From an uncultured Chloroflexia bacterium (lineage in GTDB: Bacteria; Chloroflexota; Dehalococcoidia; GIF9; AB-539-J10): a DNA stretch of 64,000 nucleotides. The position numbers and the translations under genes were made by a program. The notes below the pieces were generated by a model, which was not told where the DNA came from, ran no database searches, and worked only from the letters and a program-made list of their open reading frames with translations. Shown one piece after another: positions 29,396 through 40,047 of the stretch (position 1 is the stretch's first letter; each line of letters starts with the position of its first letter). The DNA is taken from the NCBI GenBank assembly GCA_963769975.1, contig CAVYNS010000008.1:31686-95685 (forward strand), read 5' to 3'.

Positions 29396-29730
29396 GAAGG
29401 GGAGACATTTTCTTAGTCGATTTGAATCCGGTTGTAGGGACAGAACAAGCAGGCATAAGACCTGCTCTAGTAATACAGATAGACAAGGCAAATGCAGCTG
29501 GCCCACACACGATCATCATTCCATTCACCACAAGGATAAGAGAGGTTAAGCTGCCTTCCCATGTCAGGATACCCGCTGGTGTTGGCGGAGTGGCCGAACA
29601 GTCAGTACTCCTGTGCGAGCAGATAAGGGTTATCGATAAGAGTAGATTGGTTCGAAAGACAGGAAATATCGAGGAAGAAGATTTGAGGAAGGTAGGCGTA
29701 GCTCTCAAGCTGCTTTTGGGCTTAGAATGA
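29386..29730 (+). CDS. mazF: PemK/MazF family toxin
   Basis: RRGDIFLVDLNPVVGTEQAGIRPALVIQ...EQIRVIDKSRL. Confidence 0.92.
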   Translation: MEVRRGDIFLVDLNPVVGTEQAGIRPALVIQIDKANAAGPHTIIIPFTTRIREVKLPSHVRIPAGVGGVAEQSVLLCEQIRVIDKSRLVRKTGNIEEEDLRKVGVALKLLLGLE

Positions 29731-29770
29731 GCTCCGCGTGAAAGAACCCAAGCTTTGAGGAAGGCATAAG

Positions 29771-30898
29771 ATGAATGTTCCCTTAGTCGATTTAAAGGCT
29801 CAATATGACTCGATTAGAGACGAGATTGACGATGCCATTCACAGGGTGGTGCAGAGCGGGCAGTTTATCCTGGGCCCCGAGGTCAAAGCCTTCGAGGATG
29901 AGATGGCGGCCTACTGCGGAACAAAATATGCTGTAGGTGTGGCCTCCGGCACCGATGCCCTGCATCTTGCCCTGCTCGCCTGCAACATAAAGGCCGGTGA
30001 CGAGGTCATCACCACTCCCTTCACCTTCATTGCCACTGCCGAATCCATAGCCAAGTGTGGTGCTCGACCGGTGTTCGCGGACATTGACCTGAAAACCTAC
30101 AATATAGACTCATTACAAATCGAGTCGAAAATAACCGGCAAAACCAAGGCAATCCTCCCTGTGCACCTCTACGGTCAGCCTGCTGCTATGGAGCGTATCC
30201 TCGATATAGCCAGAAAGCATAACCTGAAAGTAATTGAGGACTGCGCCCAAGCTCTGGGCGCAGAATACAAAGACAAGAAAGTTGGGTCGCTAGGAGATGT
30301 CGGCTGTCTGAGCTTCTTCCCGTCTAAGAATCTGGGAGCATATGGCGATGGTGGCATGGTGGTCACCAATGACGCCCAGATTGCCGAGACGGTGAGAATC
30401 CTCAGGGTGCATGGGTCCAAGGCGACCTACCAGCATGTCATGCATGGCTTCAACAGTCGCCTCGACGCATTGCAGGCTGCTATTCTTAGAGTAAAGCTGA
30501 GACATTTAGATAGATGGAATGAGCTACGTCTCAGGAAAACAGCTTTATATACCGAATTGCTGAGCCAAGTTGATGGCATCGGGCCTCCTCATTTCGAAAA
30601 GAACTGCACGTCTTCCTGCAACTACTATACTATTCGTCTCAAGGATTCTCGCCTGAACCGCAATGAGTTGCGTAAACACATGGAATCTAAGGGCATCCAG
30701 ACGGCAGTTTACTACCCCTTATCTCTTCACCTCCAGGAGGTTTATAAATACCTGGGCCATAAGCCGGGCGACTTTCCTGAAAGCGAGCGTGCACAGGAGC
30801 AGGTGCTTTCCCTACCTATGTACCCCGAACTCAGCGAGGAACAGGTCGAGGAAGTGGCAGGCGAGATTAAGAAGAGTTTCTGCGTGGCTATGACTTAA
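29771..30898 (+). CDS. DegT/DnrJ sugar aminotransferase (WbpE-like)
   Basis: [32 protein letters not shown]. Confidence 0.88.
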   Translation: MNVPLVDLKAQYDSIRDEIDDAIHRVVQSGQFILGPEVKAFEDEMAAYCGTKYAVGVASGTDALHLALLACNIKAGDEVITTPFTFIATAESIAKCGARPVFADIDLKTYNIDSLQIESKITGKTKAILPVHLYGQPAAMERILDIARKHNLKVIEDCAQALGAEYKDKKVGSLGDVGCLSFFPSKNLGAYGDGGMVVTNDAQIAETVRILRVHGSKATYQHVMHGFNSRLDALQAAILRVKLRHLDRWNELRLRKTALYTELLSQVDGIGPPHFEKNCTSSCNYYTIRLKDSRLNRNELRKHMESKGIQTAVYYPLSLHLQEVYKYLGHKPGDFPESERAQEQVLSLPMYPELSEEQVEEVAGEIKKSFCVAMT

Positions 30899-30965
30899 TC
30901 ACCAGGATATAACCGTGAAGGCAGCTCTTGCGGACCGGGTCAGGACAATTTAGTAGGAGTTAACA

Positions 30966-32078
30966 GTGAAGATTTGCTATTTGGCAAACGCCGCAAGCAT
31001 TCATACTATGAGATGGGCAAAATATTTTGCATCCAAGGGCCACAATGTCCATCTAATCTCTCCAGAAACATCTGGGGAAAATGCCATCGAAAACGTGAAT
31101 CTGCATTTGGTTACGATGTCACGCCATCTCATATTGCACTGCGATCCAATTAGGATTCGAAGACTGATAAAGCAAATTAAACCAGATATTCTTCATGCTC
31201 ACTACATCTTGGGGTATGGCCTGTTGGGAGCACTAAGTGGTTTTCACCCTTTCATCTTGAGTGTCTGGGGTTCTGATGTTCTGGCTGCGCCTAAAAATTC
31301 GAGACTAGCCAAACTTGAGGTGAAATTTGCCTTAAGAAAGGCAGATATGGTAACAGCTCAAGCCGAGTTCATGGGTAATTTCCTGAAGAATGAGTTCAAA
31401 CTTCCCCAAAGCAAGTTTATGAGGATTCCTTGGGGCACAGATTTGAGTGTCTTTCACCGTGGTTATGAAGGAGATGTAATAAAGCTTAGGGGGGATTTGG
31501 AAATTAGTGAGAACTCGTCAGTTATACTTAGTAATAGGAATATGGCTCCGGAGTATGAGATTGGAGGTATTATTGATACAGTTCCCCATGTTGTCCATAA
31601 GTGCCCCAATGCCATATTTGTATTCCTGCGAGGAAATGGAACTGAGAAGTTTGAAGATGAAATGAAGTCAAGAGCTGAAAAATTGGGGGTTATGGGCAAC
31701 GTCCGCTTCATACCAAAACTCATAGCATCAAAGGAAATGGCTGTTTATCTAAATATGGCAGATGCATTTATGTCGATACCAAGGTACGGACAATTTGGGA
31801 TCTCAATATTGGAGGGGATGGCATGTGGAGCTATTCCAATTCTAAGTAACATCGCTGTTCATAAAGAATTGGTGGTAAATAATGAGAGTGCCCTTCTTGT
31901 TGATCCTGAGAATCCAGAAGAAATAGCCGGGAAGATTAGCTATTGTATTGAGCATCCGGAATTAAGGGACAGATTTTACAGGATAAATAAGGGAATTGTT
32001 GAAGAAAAAGAAGATTGGGATAAGAATGCAAAGGAAATGGAAAAGCTATATGAAAGGCTGGTAAGTAAGAACAACTAG
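30966..32078 (+). CDS. Glycosyltransferase family 4
   Basis: SIHTMRW, VWGSD, FGISILEGMACG. Confidence 0.88.
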   Translation: MKICYLANAASIHTMRWAKYFASKGHNVHLISPETSGENAIENVNLHLVTMSRHLILHCDPIRIRRLIKQIKPDILHAHYILGYGLLGALSGFHPFILSVWGSDVLAAPKNSRLAKLEVKFALRKADMVTAQAEFMGNFLKNEFKLPQSKFMRIPWGTDLSVFHRGYEGDVIKLRGDLEISENSSVILSNRNMAPEYEIGGIIDTVPHVVHKCPNAIFVFLRGNGTEKFEDEMKSRAEKLGVMGNVRFIPKLIASKEMAVYLNMADAFMSIPRYGQFGISILEGMACGAIPILSNIAVHKELVVNNESALLVDPENPEEIAGKISYCIEHPELRDRFYRINKGIVEEKEDWDKNAKEMEKLYERLVSKNN

Positions 32079-32097
32079 AAGGGGGAATGGATGAACG

Positions 32098-33084
32098 ATG
32101 AAAGATAGTGAGCTACGGGTACGGCGGAATTACAGGGAGGGAGACGAATATGAAATACTGGATTTGTTTAGCAAAGTATTTAATAAAGAGATGAGTTTGG
32201 AGGTTTGGAGGTGGAAGTATATGAATAATCCGTTTGGCAAGGGTACCATAAAATTAGCGTTCGACGGTAAGAAGTTGACCGGACATTATGCAGTCATGCC
32301 CATGGTGGTGCAAATTGAGGGTAAGCCAATAAGAGCTTGTCTGTCGGTGGATACTATGGTTCATCCTGATTATAGAAGCAAGGGAATATTTGCCGATTTA
32401 GGCAACAAAACATATGAAACCGCTTCGAGAGAAGGAGCTAAATTTGTCTATGGTTTCCCAAATAGTAATTCCTATCGCGGATTTACAGAAAGGTTAAGCT
32501 GGAGCGGCTTCAGCAATATGACTGTATGGCAAAGGGATATACTTGAAGAGGATATTGGCGACCTACCTGTAACAGGCGCTATCAGGCAAATAGAGCGATT
32601 TCAGGACAATATAATTCGTTTATGGGAGAAAGTTAAACAAGATTACCCAATTATCGTGCCAAGAACTAAAGATTTTCTGAATTGGAGGTTTGTTCTCAAT
32701 CCTGCAGTGAATTATATGAAGTTTGTATTCCTGGGCAACGAAAACGAATTGCTGGGCTACACTGTACTAAAAATATATCAGACGCCTGCTGAGACAAAAG
32801 GTCACATTGTAGATATGTTAACCGTCAATGACGAAGAGGTTATAACAGAGTTTTTAAATTGTTCATATAAGTACTTCATAAACCAAGGTATAAATAGCCT
32901 TTCTTGCTGGTGTCAAGATGGTTGCCTTTTTAGCAAAGTGTTAAGAAAGGAAGGATTTATTCAAAGTGAGATGGAGAGAACATACTTTGGAGTTAGGATT
33001 TTTGATAGACTTGACGAGTCTTTAAAGATTGTTGAGCATTTTCCCGGGTGGTATCTAACTATGGGGGATTCAGATGTTTTTTGA
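32098..33084 (+). CDS. GNAT family acyltransferase (glycan modification)
   Basis: WRWKYMNNP, DTMVHPDYRSKGIF, YGFPN, terminal GDSD. Confidence 0.8.
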   Translation: MKDSELRVRRNYREGDEYEILDLFSKVFNKEMSLEVWRWKYMNNPFGKGTIKLAFDGKKLTGHYAVMPMVVQIEGKPIRACLSVDTMVHPDYRSKGIFADLGNKTYETASREGAKFVYGFPNSNSYRGFTERLSWSGFSNMTVWQRDILEEDIGDLPVTGAIRQIERFQDNIIRLWEKVKQDYPIIVPRTKDFLNWRFVLNPAVNYMKFVFLGNENELLGYTVLKIYQTPAETKGHIVDMLTVNDEEVITEFLNCSYKYFINQGINSLSCWCQDGCLFSKVLRKEGFIQSEMERTYFGVRIFDRLDESLKIVEHFPGWYLTMGDSDVF

Positions 33085-33137
33085 AGCTGGGTACAGCGCG
33101 AGGCTAATATTCATACAAATAAAATGGTGGATGTTGA

Positions 33138-33311
33138 ATGGAACCTGAAAGGAAATCAATTTCGGTAATATTAATGAGAAAATGGGATATTGAAGGACAA
33201 TATTTAAGGTATTTGAGGCATTTGCCAGCGTATGTAATACCAGTTGAAACATTAACGGGTAACAAGAAGGTCCGAGGTATCGGTTGTGGTGGTGGGGAAG
33301 GTGCTGAATGA
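33138..33311 (+). pseudogene. Truncated SAM methyltransferase N-terminus (57 codons)
   Basis: ...KWDIEGQYLRYLRHLPAY...KKVRGIGCGGGEG* resembles YLRH..AY...VLDIGCGxG. Confidence 0.6.
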
Positions 33312-33341
33312 GGTAGATCGAAAAGTAGTGGCGAAGAGAAA

Positions 33342-34184
33342 ATGAAGAGATACCAGCCCGAAGGATATTGGGAGGAACGGCTTAGCAAGGACTTCTCTTT
33401 GGGCGGGGTTGGCTACTCAGGGTTAGGGCTGGAATACAACAAGTGGCTCTATAAAGGAAGGCTAAGGGCATTAAAACGAGCTTTGGAAATTGGCAAAATA
33501 GATCCCCACGGTAAGCATGTACTAGACATTGGCGTCGGAACAGGATTTTATATAGATTATTGGAAAAGAAGAGACGTTAAGTCCGCCACCGGGATAGATA
33601 TTACGGAGAAAAGTACGTCAAGCTTAAAAGCTAAGTATCCTGAATGTGAGTTTATAAAAGCAGATATTTCGTCCAAGCAACTGCCGTTGCTAAGCAGAAA
33701 ATATGACATCATAACAGCATTTGATGTACTTTTTCATATCGTAGACGAGGATAAATTTGAACAAGCGCTTAGCAATATAGCAAACCTGTCTCATCAGGAT
33801 ACACAAATTCTCATCATGGATAGCTTCCTGAAAGAAAACCGCCCCCCTGGCTTTCATGAATATCATAGAACAATGGACAGATATAAAGAGGCACTAAGTA
33901 AGGTGGGAATGGAGCCAGTGATAATCGTGCCGATTTTCTATGTTATGAATAATCCAATTGATATGGCCAGTATCAGGAATAAATTTATGAAAAAGGTGCT
34001 TCCCATTACTTGGTTTGCTATTACCCGGATATGCTACTTGGGCAATAGCCTTGGGTTCTTCGGACGAAGTGTAAATTATCTATTAGGTTTTATCTTGTAT
34101 CTTGCCGATGGGGCTATCCTGAAATATGCTAAAGATGGCCCCAGTTCCAAACTATTATGTAGTACGATGGGGGACAATGGCTAA
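33342..34184 (+). CDS. Class I SAM-dependent methyltransferase
   Basis: VLDIGVGTG, GIDI, ADIS, FDVLFHI. Confidence 0.88.
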   Translation: MKRYQPEGYWEERLSKDFSLGGVGYSGLGLEYNKWLYKGRLRALKRALEIGKIDPHGKHVLDIGVGTGFYIDYWKRRDVKSATGIDITEKSTSSLKAKYPECEFIKADISSKQLPLLSRKYDIITAFDVLFHIVDEDKFEQALSNIANLSHQDTQILIMDSFLKENRPPGFHEYHRTMDRYKEALSKVGMEPVIIVPIFYVMNNPIDMASIRNKFMKKVLPITWFAITRICYLGNSLGFFGRSVNYLLGFILYLADGAILKYAKDGPSSKLLCSTMGDNG

Positions 34185-34248
34185 AGTGCCGGTAATATCC
34201 AAAGAGAAATGGGATTCCGTTGAGCAATATTTAGAATACCTCTTTTAG
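34177..34248 (+). pseudogene. Second short relic paralogous to the 33138 fragment
   Basis: MAKVPVISKEKWDSVEQYLEYLF* shares VI..KWD...QYL.YL with 33138-33311 and overlaps the upstream stop like an operon gene. Confidence 0.5.
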
Positions 34249-34317
34249 GCTCCCAAGTAGTGTCCTGTGAGCGTTTCTTATTACTTAAATCAGAGAAAGG
34301 GGTAACGAGACAAGTAG

Positions 34318-35832
34318 GTGTTTAGTCAGCTATTTCGCCTCTCATCGCAATCCTTTATCTACGGTTTGGGCGTAGCAGCCAGCCAGATTGTGGGGTTCTT
34401 CCTCATTCCCCTTTACACCCGATACCTGACCCCCAGCGACTATGGCGTTTGGCAGATTATCTCGGTGACTTCTTCAGTACTAAGTATTATTTTCGCTATG
34501 GGTATCAGCTCAGCACTATTCAGGTCATACTTCCTCTATGATCAGGCAGAAAAGAAGAAAATGGTAGTAAGCACAGCCTTCATTTACCTTACGGGGACTT
34601 CAGCGATACTTTCTGTACTGCTCATAGGATTCGCAGGCAAATTTTCCTTGCTCTTGTTTCATTCCGACCAGTACATCTTCTACTTTCGCCTCGTCTTTCT
34701 GGCACTTTTCTGCGACACAGGCACCCAGATAGGCATGTCAGTTTTCAGAGCCAGAGAAGAGCCTTTCAGGTATATCGTGGTTTCCGTAGCACGCGTTTTG
34801 ATAAGCCTGGGACTGAATATAGTGTTCGTAGTGGTCCTGCACAAGGGTGTGTTGGGCATACTCGAATCAAGTGCTATAACAGCGGCTGTCATATATCTGT
34901 GGCTGGTATTGTCTGTCATCAGGAAAGCAGGTTTTGGCTTTTCCCCCGATGAATTGAAGCGGATGCTCGCCTTTGGACTGCCTATGGTCCCCGCAGGGCT
35001 TGCAGCCTCGGCGATATTCTTTGCCGACAGGTATTTCCTTCAGTTTCTCTCTACCTCTGCAGAACTGGGCCTGTACTCGCTCGGTTATAGCTTTGGGCTC
35101 GTAGTTGAGGCTCTGCTGGTTGAACCTTTTTTGGTGGCTTGGGGGCCTTTTGCGTTCTCTATATACAGGCAACCAGATGCCAGGCAGACGTTCTCGCGCA
35201 TCTTTACCTACTTTGTCCTGGTAACCGTGTTCGTCTCCCTGGCGCTGTCTGTTCTGTCCAAAGAGATCCTGGCTATAATGGCTACACCGGCATTCCACGC
35301 TGCCTACAAAGTCATCCCTTTGATCGCTGTTTCCTACGTTCTGAATGGATGCTATAACATTCTGGGCGTAGGAATCAGTCTGGAGGCAAAGACAAAATAC
35401 TGGTTTCCTATCATGGGTGCCGCTGCAATAGTCAACATCGGCTTAAACTATCTTCTGATACCCGACTTTGGCATGATGGGGGCAGCTGTGGCTGCACTCG
35501 CTTCATTTCTGGTGATGGCTATCCTTGGTTTTATCATCTCGCAGAGACTCTACCCGGTTAAGCACGAGTGGGGTAGGGTTGCCAAGATAGTCATTGCTGC
35601 TGGAGTTATATTCGCAGGAAGCCTTTTCATCCATTACGACGAGTCCACGATAATCACCGGTGTGTTCAAACTGCTGACCTTGCTTGCCTTCCCTGTTTTG
35701 CTATACTTGTTACGATTCTACCATCCTGAAGAGATACAGAAGATAAAAGAGGTCATCAAGGCCAGTCCGGGTTATCTGAAGCAGCGGCTGTTAAGGCGGC
35801 CTGCAGTCTCCAAGGGGAGCAATAATAACTAA
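34318..35832 (+). CDS. Oligosaccharide flippase (Wzx/MOP superfamily)
   Basis: IPLYTRYLTPSDYG, DRYFL, many TM helices. Confidence 0.9.
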   Translation: MFSQLFRLSSQSFIYGLGVAASQIVGFFLIPLYTRYLTPSDYGVWQIISVTSSVLSIIFAMGISSALFRSYFLYDQAEKKKMVVSTAFIYLTGTSAILSVLLIGFAGKFSLLLFHSDQYIFYFRLVFLALFCDTGTQIGMSVFRAREEPFRYIVVSVARVLISLGLNIVFVVVLHKGVLGILESSAITAAVIYLWLVLSVIRKAGFGFSPDELKRMLAFGLPMVPAGLAASAIFFADRYFLQFLSTSAELGLYSLGYSFGLVVEALLVEPFLVAWGPFAFSIYRQPDARQTFSRIFTYFVLVTVFVSLALSVLSKEILAIMATPAFHAAYKVIPLIAVSYVLNGCYNILGVGISLEAKTKYWFPIMGAAAIVNIGLNYLLIPDFGMMGAAVAALASFLVMAILGFIISQRLYPVKHEWGRVAKIVIAAGVIFAGSLFIHYDESTIITGVFKLLTLLAFPVLLYLLRFYHPEEIQKIKEVIKASPGYLKQRLLRRPAVSKGSNNN

Positions 35833-35860
35833 GGCACAAGCGTTAAGGGAACCGACTGTA

Positions 35861-36964
35861 ATGAGAATATGCTATATCGCAGAGGCAGGTAGTATTCACA
35901 CGCAGAAATGGCTGAAATACTTCGCGGACCGGGGCCACGAGCTTCATTTGATCTCCCGCAAGCCAGTTGAGGCAATTGATATCAAAGGCTTGAATTCGTA
36001 TTGGCTTACTAACTTGCGTTACCCCGTACTGTTGCGCTACTTATATGACACGCTTAGGGTTAGGAGGCTGATAAAGACAATCAAGCCGGATGTCCTGCAT
36101 GCACATTATGCCGTGGGATATGGCCTCTTGGGGGCATTAAGCGGGTTTCGCCCCTTCATTTTAAGTGTGTGGGGCTCCGACATTCTGGTAGCACCAAAAC
36201 AATCAAAAATATACAGGGGGACGGTTAAACTTGCAATTAAAAGAGCCGACGTAATACACTGTGATGCAGACCATATAATAGCGCCCTTAATAAAATTAGG
36301 CGCCGAGCTTGAGAAGATCAAGCTCATCTACTTTGGAGTTGATACTCAGAAGTTTAAGCCGGCACAGAGAAATAAAAAGATTCAGGAGGAACTGGGAATA
36401 GTGGGCTCGCCTACAGTAATTAGCTTAAGGAGTTTAGAACCGATATATGATATTGAGACTTTGGTTAATTCTATACCCCTGGTTTTGAAAGAGATTCCGG
36501 AAGCAAAGTTCTTGGTTGTCGGAGGAGGTTCTCAGGAGACAAGACTGAAAGAGCAGGCAAAATCTTTGGGCATTTTCCAAAGTGTGAAGTTTACGGGTTG
36601 GATTCCTAATGATGAACTTCCCGAGTATTTGGACTCTGTTGATATTTATGTCTCCACCTCGCTGTCTGATGCCGGCCTTGCTTCGAGCACAGCGGAGGCG
36701 ATGGCCTGTGGCTTGCCAGTGATAATCACAGATTTTGGAGATAATAGGAAATGGGTAGAAGACGGGGCAAATGGATTTCTAATCCCTCTAAAAAATCCTC
36801 AGGTCCTGGCTTCAAAAATTATTCAGCTAATCCGCAATAAGGAGATTAGGGATAAATTCGGGCAAATCAACAGGCAGATAATCGAAGAAAGGAATGATTG
36901 GCAGAAGGAAATGGGGAAAATAGAAGAGCTTTATGAATCATTAATGATAAGGAGCAGGAAATGA
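35861..36964 (+). CDS. Glycosyltransferase family 4 (paralogue of 30966)
   Basis: SIHTQKW, YGLLGALSGF, VWGSD, EAMACGLPV. Confidence 0.88.
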   Translation: MRICYIAEAGSIHTQKWLKYFADRGHELHLISRKPVEAIDIKGLNSYWLTNLRYPVLLRYLYDTLRVRRLIKTIKPDVLHAHYAVGYGLLGALSGFRPFILSVWGSDILVAPKQSKIYRGTVKLAIKRADVIHCDADHIIAPLIKLGAELEKIKLIYFGVDTQKFKPAQRNKKIQEELGIVGSPTVISLRSLEPIYDIETLVNSIPLVLKEIPEAKFLVVGGGSQETRLKEQAKSLGIFQSVKFTGWIPNDELPEYLDSVDIYVSTSLSDAGLASSTAEAMACGLPVIITDFGDNRKWVEDGANGFLIPLKNPQVLASKIIQLIRNKEIRDKFGQINRQIIEERNDWQKEMGKIEELYESLMIRSRK

Positions 36965-37020
36965 AAATACTGAGAACCGGGGGTGCTGGGTTCATCGAAT
37001 TTAGCAAACGAGGACAGTGA
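36961..37020 (+). pseudogene. Relic of an NAD-dependent epimerase start
   Basis: ATGA overlap with the upstream stop; MKILRTGGAGFI then loses similarity and stops. Confidence 0.65.
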
Positions 37021-37059
37021 TTTCACAGACAAATTTACCTTAGGAGGGCATGGAAGTAG

Positions 37060-38064
37060 ATGGTCAAAAATAAGAGAATTCTCATAACTGGAGGAGGTGG
37101 ATTCATAGGGACATCGCTGGCTGAGAGATTGGCTAAGGACAATGATGTTGCCCTTCTAGACATTGACTTTGATCACAACGCCTTCGCATTCTCAGACTTG
37201 AAGAACAAAGGAAATGTCACTTTAATCAAGGCAGACATTCTAGATTCCCAGGCCTTTGCAAGAGTCGCCCAGGATGCTCAAATAGTGGTACATACAGCTG
37301 CCCTGTTGGGTGTTCAGGAAGTTATTCACAATGCATTGTACACCTTGGATGTAAATTATATCGGCACATCCAATCTACTGAAGATAGTTTCGCATAGTTC
37401 ATGTTGCGAGCGGTTAGTCTTTTTCTCCACTAGTGAAGTTTTCGGTTCAAATGCGTTTAGAATTGCCGAGGATGGTAACTCAATTCTCTCTTCAGTCCAG
37501 GATATTAGATGGTGCTATTGTATTAGTAAACTTGCTGCAGAACATCTTGTCCTGAGCTACTTCCGGCAGAAAGGACTACCTGCTGTCGTGGTACGGCCCT
37601 TCAATATATTTGGCCCGAAGCGGCAAGGGGACCATGTGGTACTTCGGTTTATGTTAAAAGCCCTAAAGAATGAGGACCTGGAAGTCTATGGCGATGGTAC
37701 ACAAATCAGAGCCTGGTGCTATATTGATGACTTCTGCAATGCCTTGCTAGAGTGCATAGTGAACGAGAAGGCAGTTGGGCAAGCTTTCAACATTGGTAAT
37801 CCGCGCAATACGCTCACTGTCTATGAGCTTGCTAAGAAGATAGTCTCTCTTTGCAGCTCGAAATCAAATATCCTCTTCAAAGCGATTGATTTCGCTGATG
37901 TCGATATACGAGTTCCTAACACATCGAAGGCAAGAGATATTCTGAGCTTCGTTCCCAAAATCGAAATGGAGGAAGGTTTATCCTTAACCATCGAGTGGGT
38001 TAAACTACATCTCGACGAGCTTAACTTAATCCTAAGCACAAAGAAAAGACAGTACCTAGTGTGA
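37060..38064 (+). CDS. NAD-dependent sugar epimerase/dehydratase (extended SDR)
   Basis: TGGGGFIG, STSEVFG, YCISK (YxxxK), RPFNIFGP. Confidence 0.9.
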   Translation: MVKNKRILITGGGGFIGTSLAERLAKDNDVALLDIDFDHNAFAFSDLKNKGNVTLIKADILDSQAFARVAQDAQIVVHTAALLGVQEVIHNALYTLDVNYIGTSNLLKIVSHSSCCERLVFFSTSEVFGSNAFRIAEDGNSILSSVQDIRWCYCISKLAAEHLVLSYFRQKGLPAVVVRPFNIFGPKRQGDHVVLRFMLKALKNEDLEVYGDGTQIRAWCYIDDFCNALLECIVNEKAVGQAFNIGNPRNTLTVYELAKKIVSLCSSKSNILFKAIDFADVDIRVPNTSKARDILSFVPKIEMEEGLSLTIEWVKLHLDELNLILSTKKRQYLV

Positions 38065-39053
38065 AAGGGAGTTCCATGCCAACAAATATTTCCCCTACGA
38101 CCTTGCGGGCGCTTTATATGACAATGCTGAGGATCCGTAAGTTTGAGGAAAAGGTCGCTGAACTCATCTTGCAGAAGGAAATTAAGTGCCCTACCCACCT
38201 TTACATCGGTCAAGAAGCAGTGGCCACGGGTGTTTGTGCTAACTTGCGAAGAGCTGACTACGTTCTTAGCAATCATCGTAATCATGGGCATTATATTGCC
38301 AAAGGCGGCGACATGAAAGCATTGATGGCTGAAATGTATGGAAAGGCAACTGGTTGCTCGCGGGGTAGAGGTGGCTCTATGCACCTTGCTTCGCCAGAGC
38401 AGGGGTTACCAGGTAGTGCGGCCATTGTCGCCGGAACGATACCTTTAGCTGTGGGCGCGGCCTTGGCTTTCTCCATGCAGAAGAAAAATAACGTGTCAGT
38501 AGCTTTCTTCGGCGATGGTGCGGTCGGCGAGGGCGTATTCTACGAATCGCTTAACTTCGCATCGCTCAAGAAGCTGCCGGTTGTCTTCATCTGCGAAAAT
38601 AACCTTTATTCCACTCACCTGCCCATATCCGCTTGTCTGGCACATATTCAGATTTGGGAAAAAGCTGAAGCGTTCAACATGCCCGGAATCCGGGTTGACG
38701 GAAATAACGTGGTCGAGGTATTCCAGGCAGCCAAAGGGGCGATAGATGATGCACGTCTCGGCAAGGGGCCTGCCTTGATAGAGTGCATGACATATAGATG
38801 GCGGGGACATGTCGGCCCAAGCGATGACCTGGATAAAGGGCTCAGAAGCAAAGAAGAGCTGGATTATTGGATGCAGAGATGCCCAATCAAAGCACTGGAA
38901 GAGTCTCTGTTAACCCATGGCATTATAGCCGAGTCGGAGAAAATCAAAATTGTAGAAAGCATTGACAAAGAAGTCGAGGATAGCGTCACTTTTGCCAAGA
39001 AAAGTCCCTATCCTGATGAACGCAGCTATCTTAGCTATATATTCAAGACGTAA
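38061..39053 (+). CDS. TPP-dependent dehydrogenase E1 alpha-like subunit
   Basis: HLYIGQEA, GRGGSMH, GDGA...ENN, YRWRGH. Confidence 0.9.
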   Translation: MKGSSMPTNISPTTLRALYMTMLRIRKFEEKVAELILQKEIKCPTHLYIGQEAVATGVCANLRRADYVLSNHRNHGHYIAKGGDMKALMAEMYGKATGCSRGRGGSMHLASPEQGLPGSAAIVAGTIPLAVGAALAFSMQKKNNVSVAFFGDGAVGEGVFYESLNFASLKKLPVVFICENNLYSTHLPISACLAHIQIWEKAEAFNMPGIRVDGNNVVEVFQAAKGAIDDARLGKGPALIECMTYRWRGHVGPSDDLDKGLRSKEELDYWMQRCPIKALEESLLTHGIIAESEKIKIVESIDKEVEDSVTFAKKSPYPDERSYLSYIFKT

Positions 39054-40046
39054 GTGAATAATCAAATGCGGTCACTATCCTACGCACAAGCGATTAATGA
39101 AACCTTACACCAGATGATGGAAAAGGATCCACGCGTATTTCTAATCGGACAAGGAGTTACAAGTCCCTGGTATGTGGGAACGACGACCGTCGGCCTCATT
39201 GATAGGTTTGGGCCCGAGAGAGTAATTGACACCCCTGTATCGGAAAACGGTGTTACCGGTGTGGCTGTAGGGGCAGCTTTAGCTGGGATGCGTCCAATCT
39301 TAATGCACCCCAGAATGGACTTCATGTATTATGCCATGGACCAAATAGCTAACCACGCAGCTAACTGGCACTATATGTTTGGGGGGCAACTAAGCGTTCC
39401 CCTAACCATCTGGGGGATCATAAATAGGGGAGGAGAGCAAGCTGCTCAACACTCCCAGGCCCTTCAGGCTATGTTCGCACATATACCCGGGCTCAAAGTT
39501 GTTATGCCCAGCAATCCGTATGATGCCAAGGGCCTTCTTGTTGCCAGCATCGAGGATGGTAACCCGGTTGTCTATATAGATGAGCGCTGGTTATATGATC
39601 ATGTCGGGGACGTACCTGAAGAACTATATTCGGTTCCAATTGGGAAAGGGGTAATAAGAAAAGAAGGGAAAGATGTGACAGTGGTAGCGACGTCTTATAT
39701 GGTCTATGAGGTTAGCAAAGCTGCTGAGGCTCTCGAGAAGGAAGGCATAAATGTGGAGGTCATAGACATACGCTCGTTGAAGCCTCTGGATGAGGATCTG
39801 CTGTTTGAGTCGGTTAGAAAGACATGCCGATTGGTTATCGCAGACGGAGGCTGGAAGACCTGTGGTGTGGGGGCTGAAATTGCTGCCAGGGTCGCGGAAA
39901 GCGATATTTTCAAGAAGTTGAAAGCCCCTATCGTGCGAGTGTCATTGCCCGATGCACCTGCTCCTGCTAGTTCTGCGCTGGAGCAAGTCTATTACCCGAA
40001 AGCAGAAGACTTGGTTAGAGCTATTAGAAAAACCTTGGGAGGTTAA
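39054..40046 (+). CDS. E1 beta / transketolase C-terminal subunit
   Basis: DTPVSENG, DQIANHAA, QHSQ, DIRSLKPLD. Confidence 0.9.
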   Translation: MNNQMRSLSYAQAINETLHQMMEKDPRVFLIGQGVTSPWYVGTTTVGLIDRFGPERVIDTPVSENGVTGVAVGAALAGMRPILMHPRMDFMYYAMDQIANHAANWHYMFGGQLSVPLTIWGIINRGGEQAAQHSQALQAMFAHIPGLKVVMPSNPYDAKGLLVASIEDGNPVVYIDERWLYDHVGDVPEELYSVPIGKGVIRKEGKDVTVVATSYMVYEVSKAAEALEKEGINVEVIDIRSLKPLDEDLLFESVRKTCRLVIADGGWKTCGVGAEIAARVAESDIFKKLKAPIVRVSLPDAPAPASSALEQVYYPKAEDLVRAIRKTLGG

Positions 40047-40047
40047 C

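Noticed and set aside
38061-40046. Pyruvate dehydrogenase complex
   Set aside because: No E2/E3 or lipoyl domain nearby, and the pair is embedded in a sugar operon.
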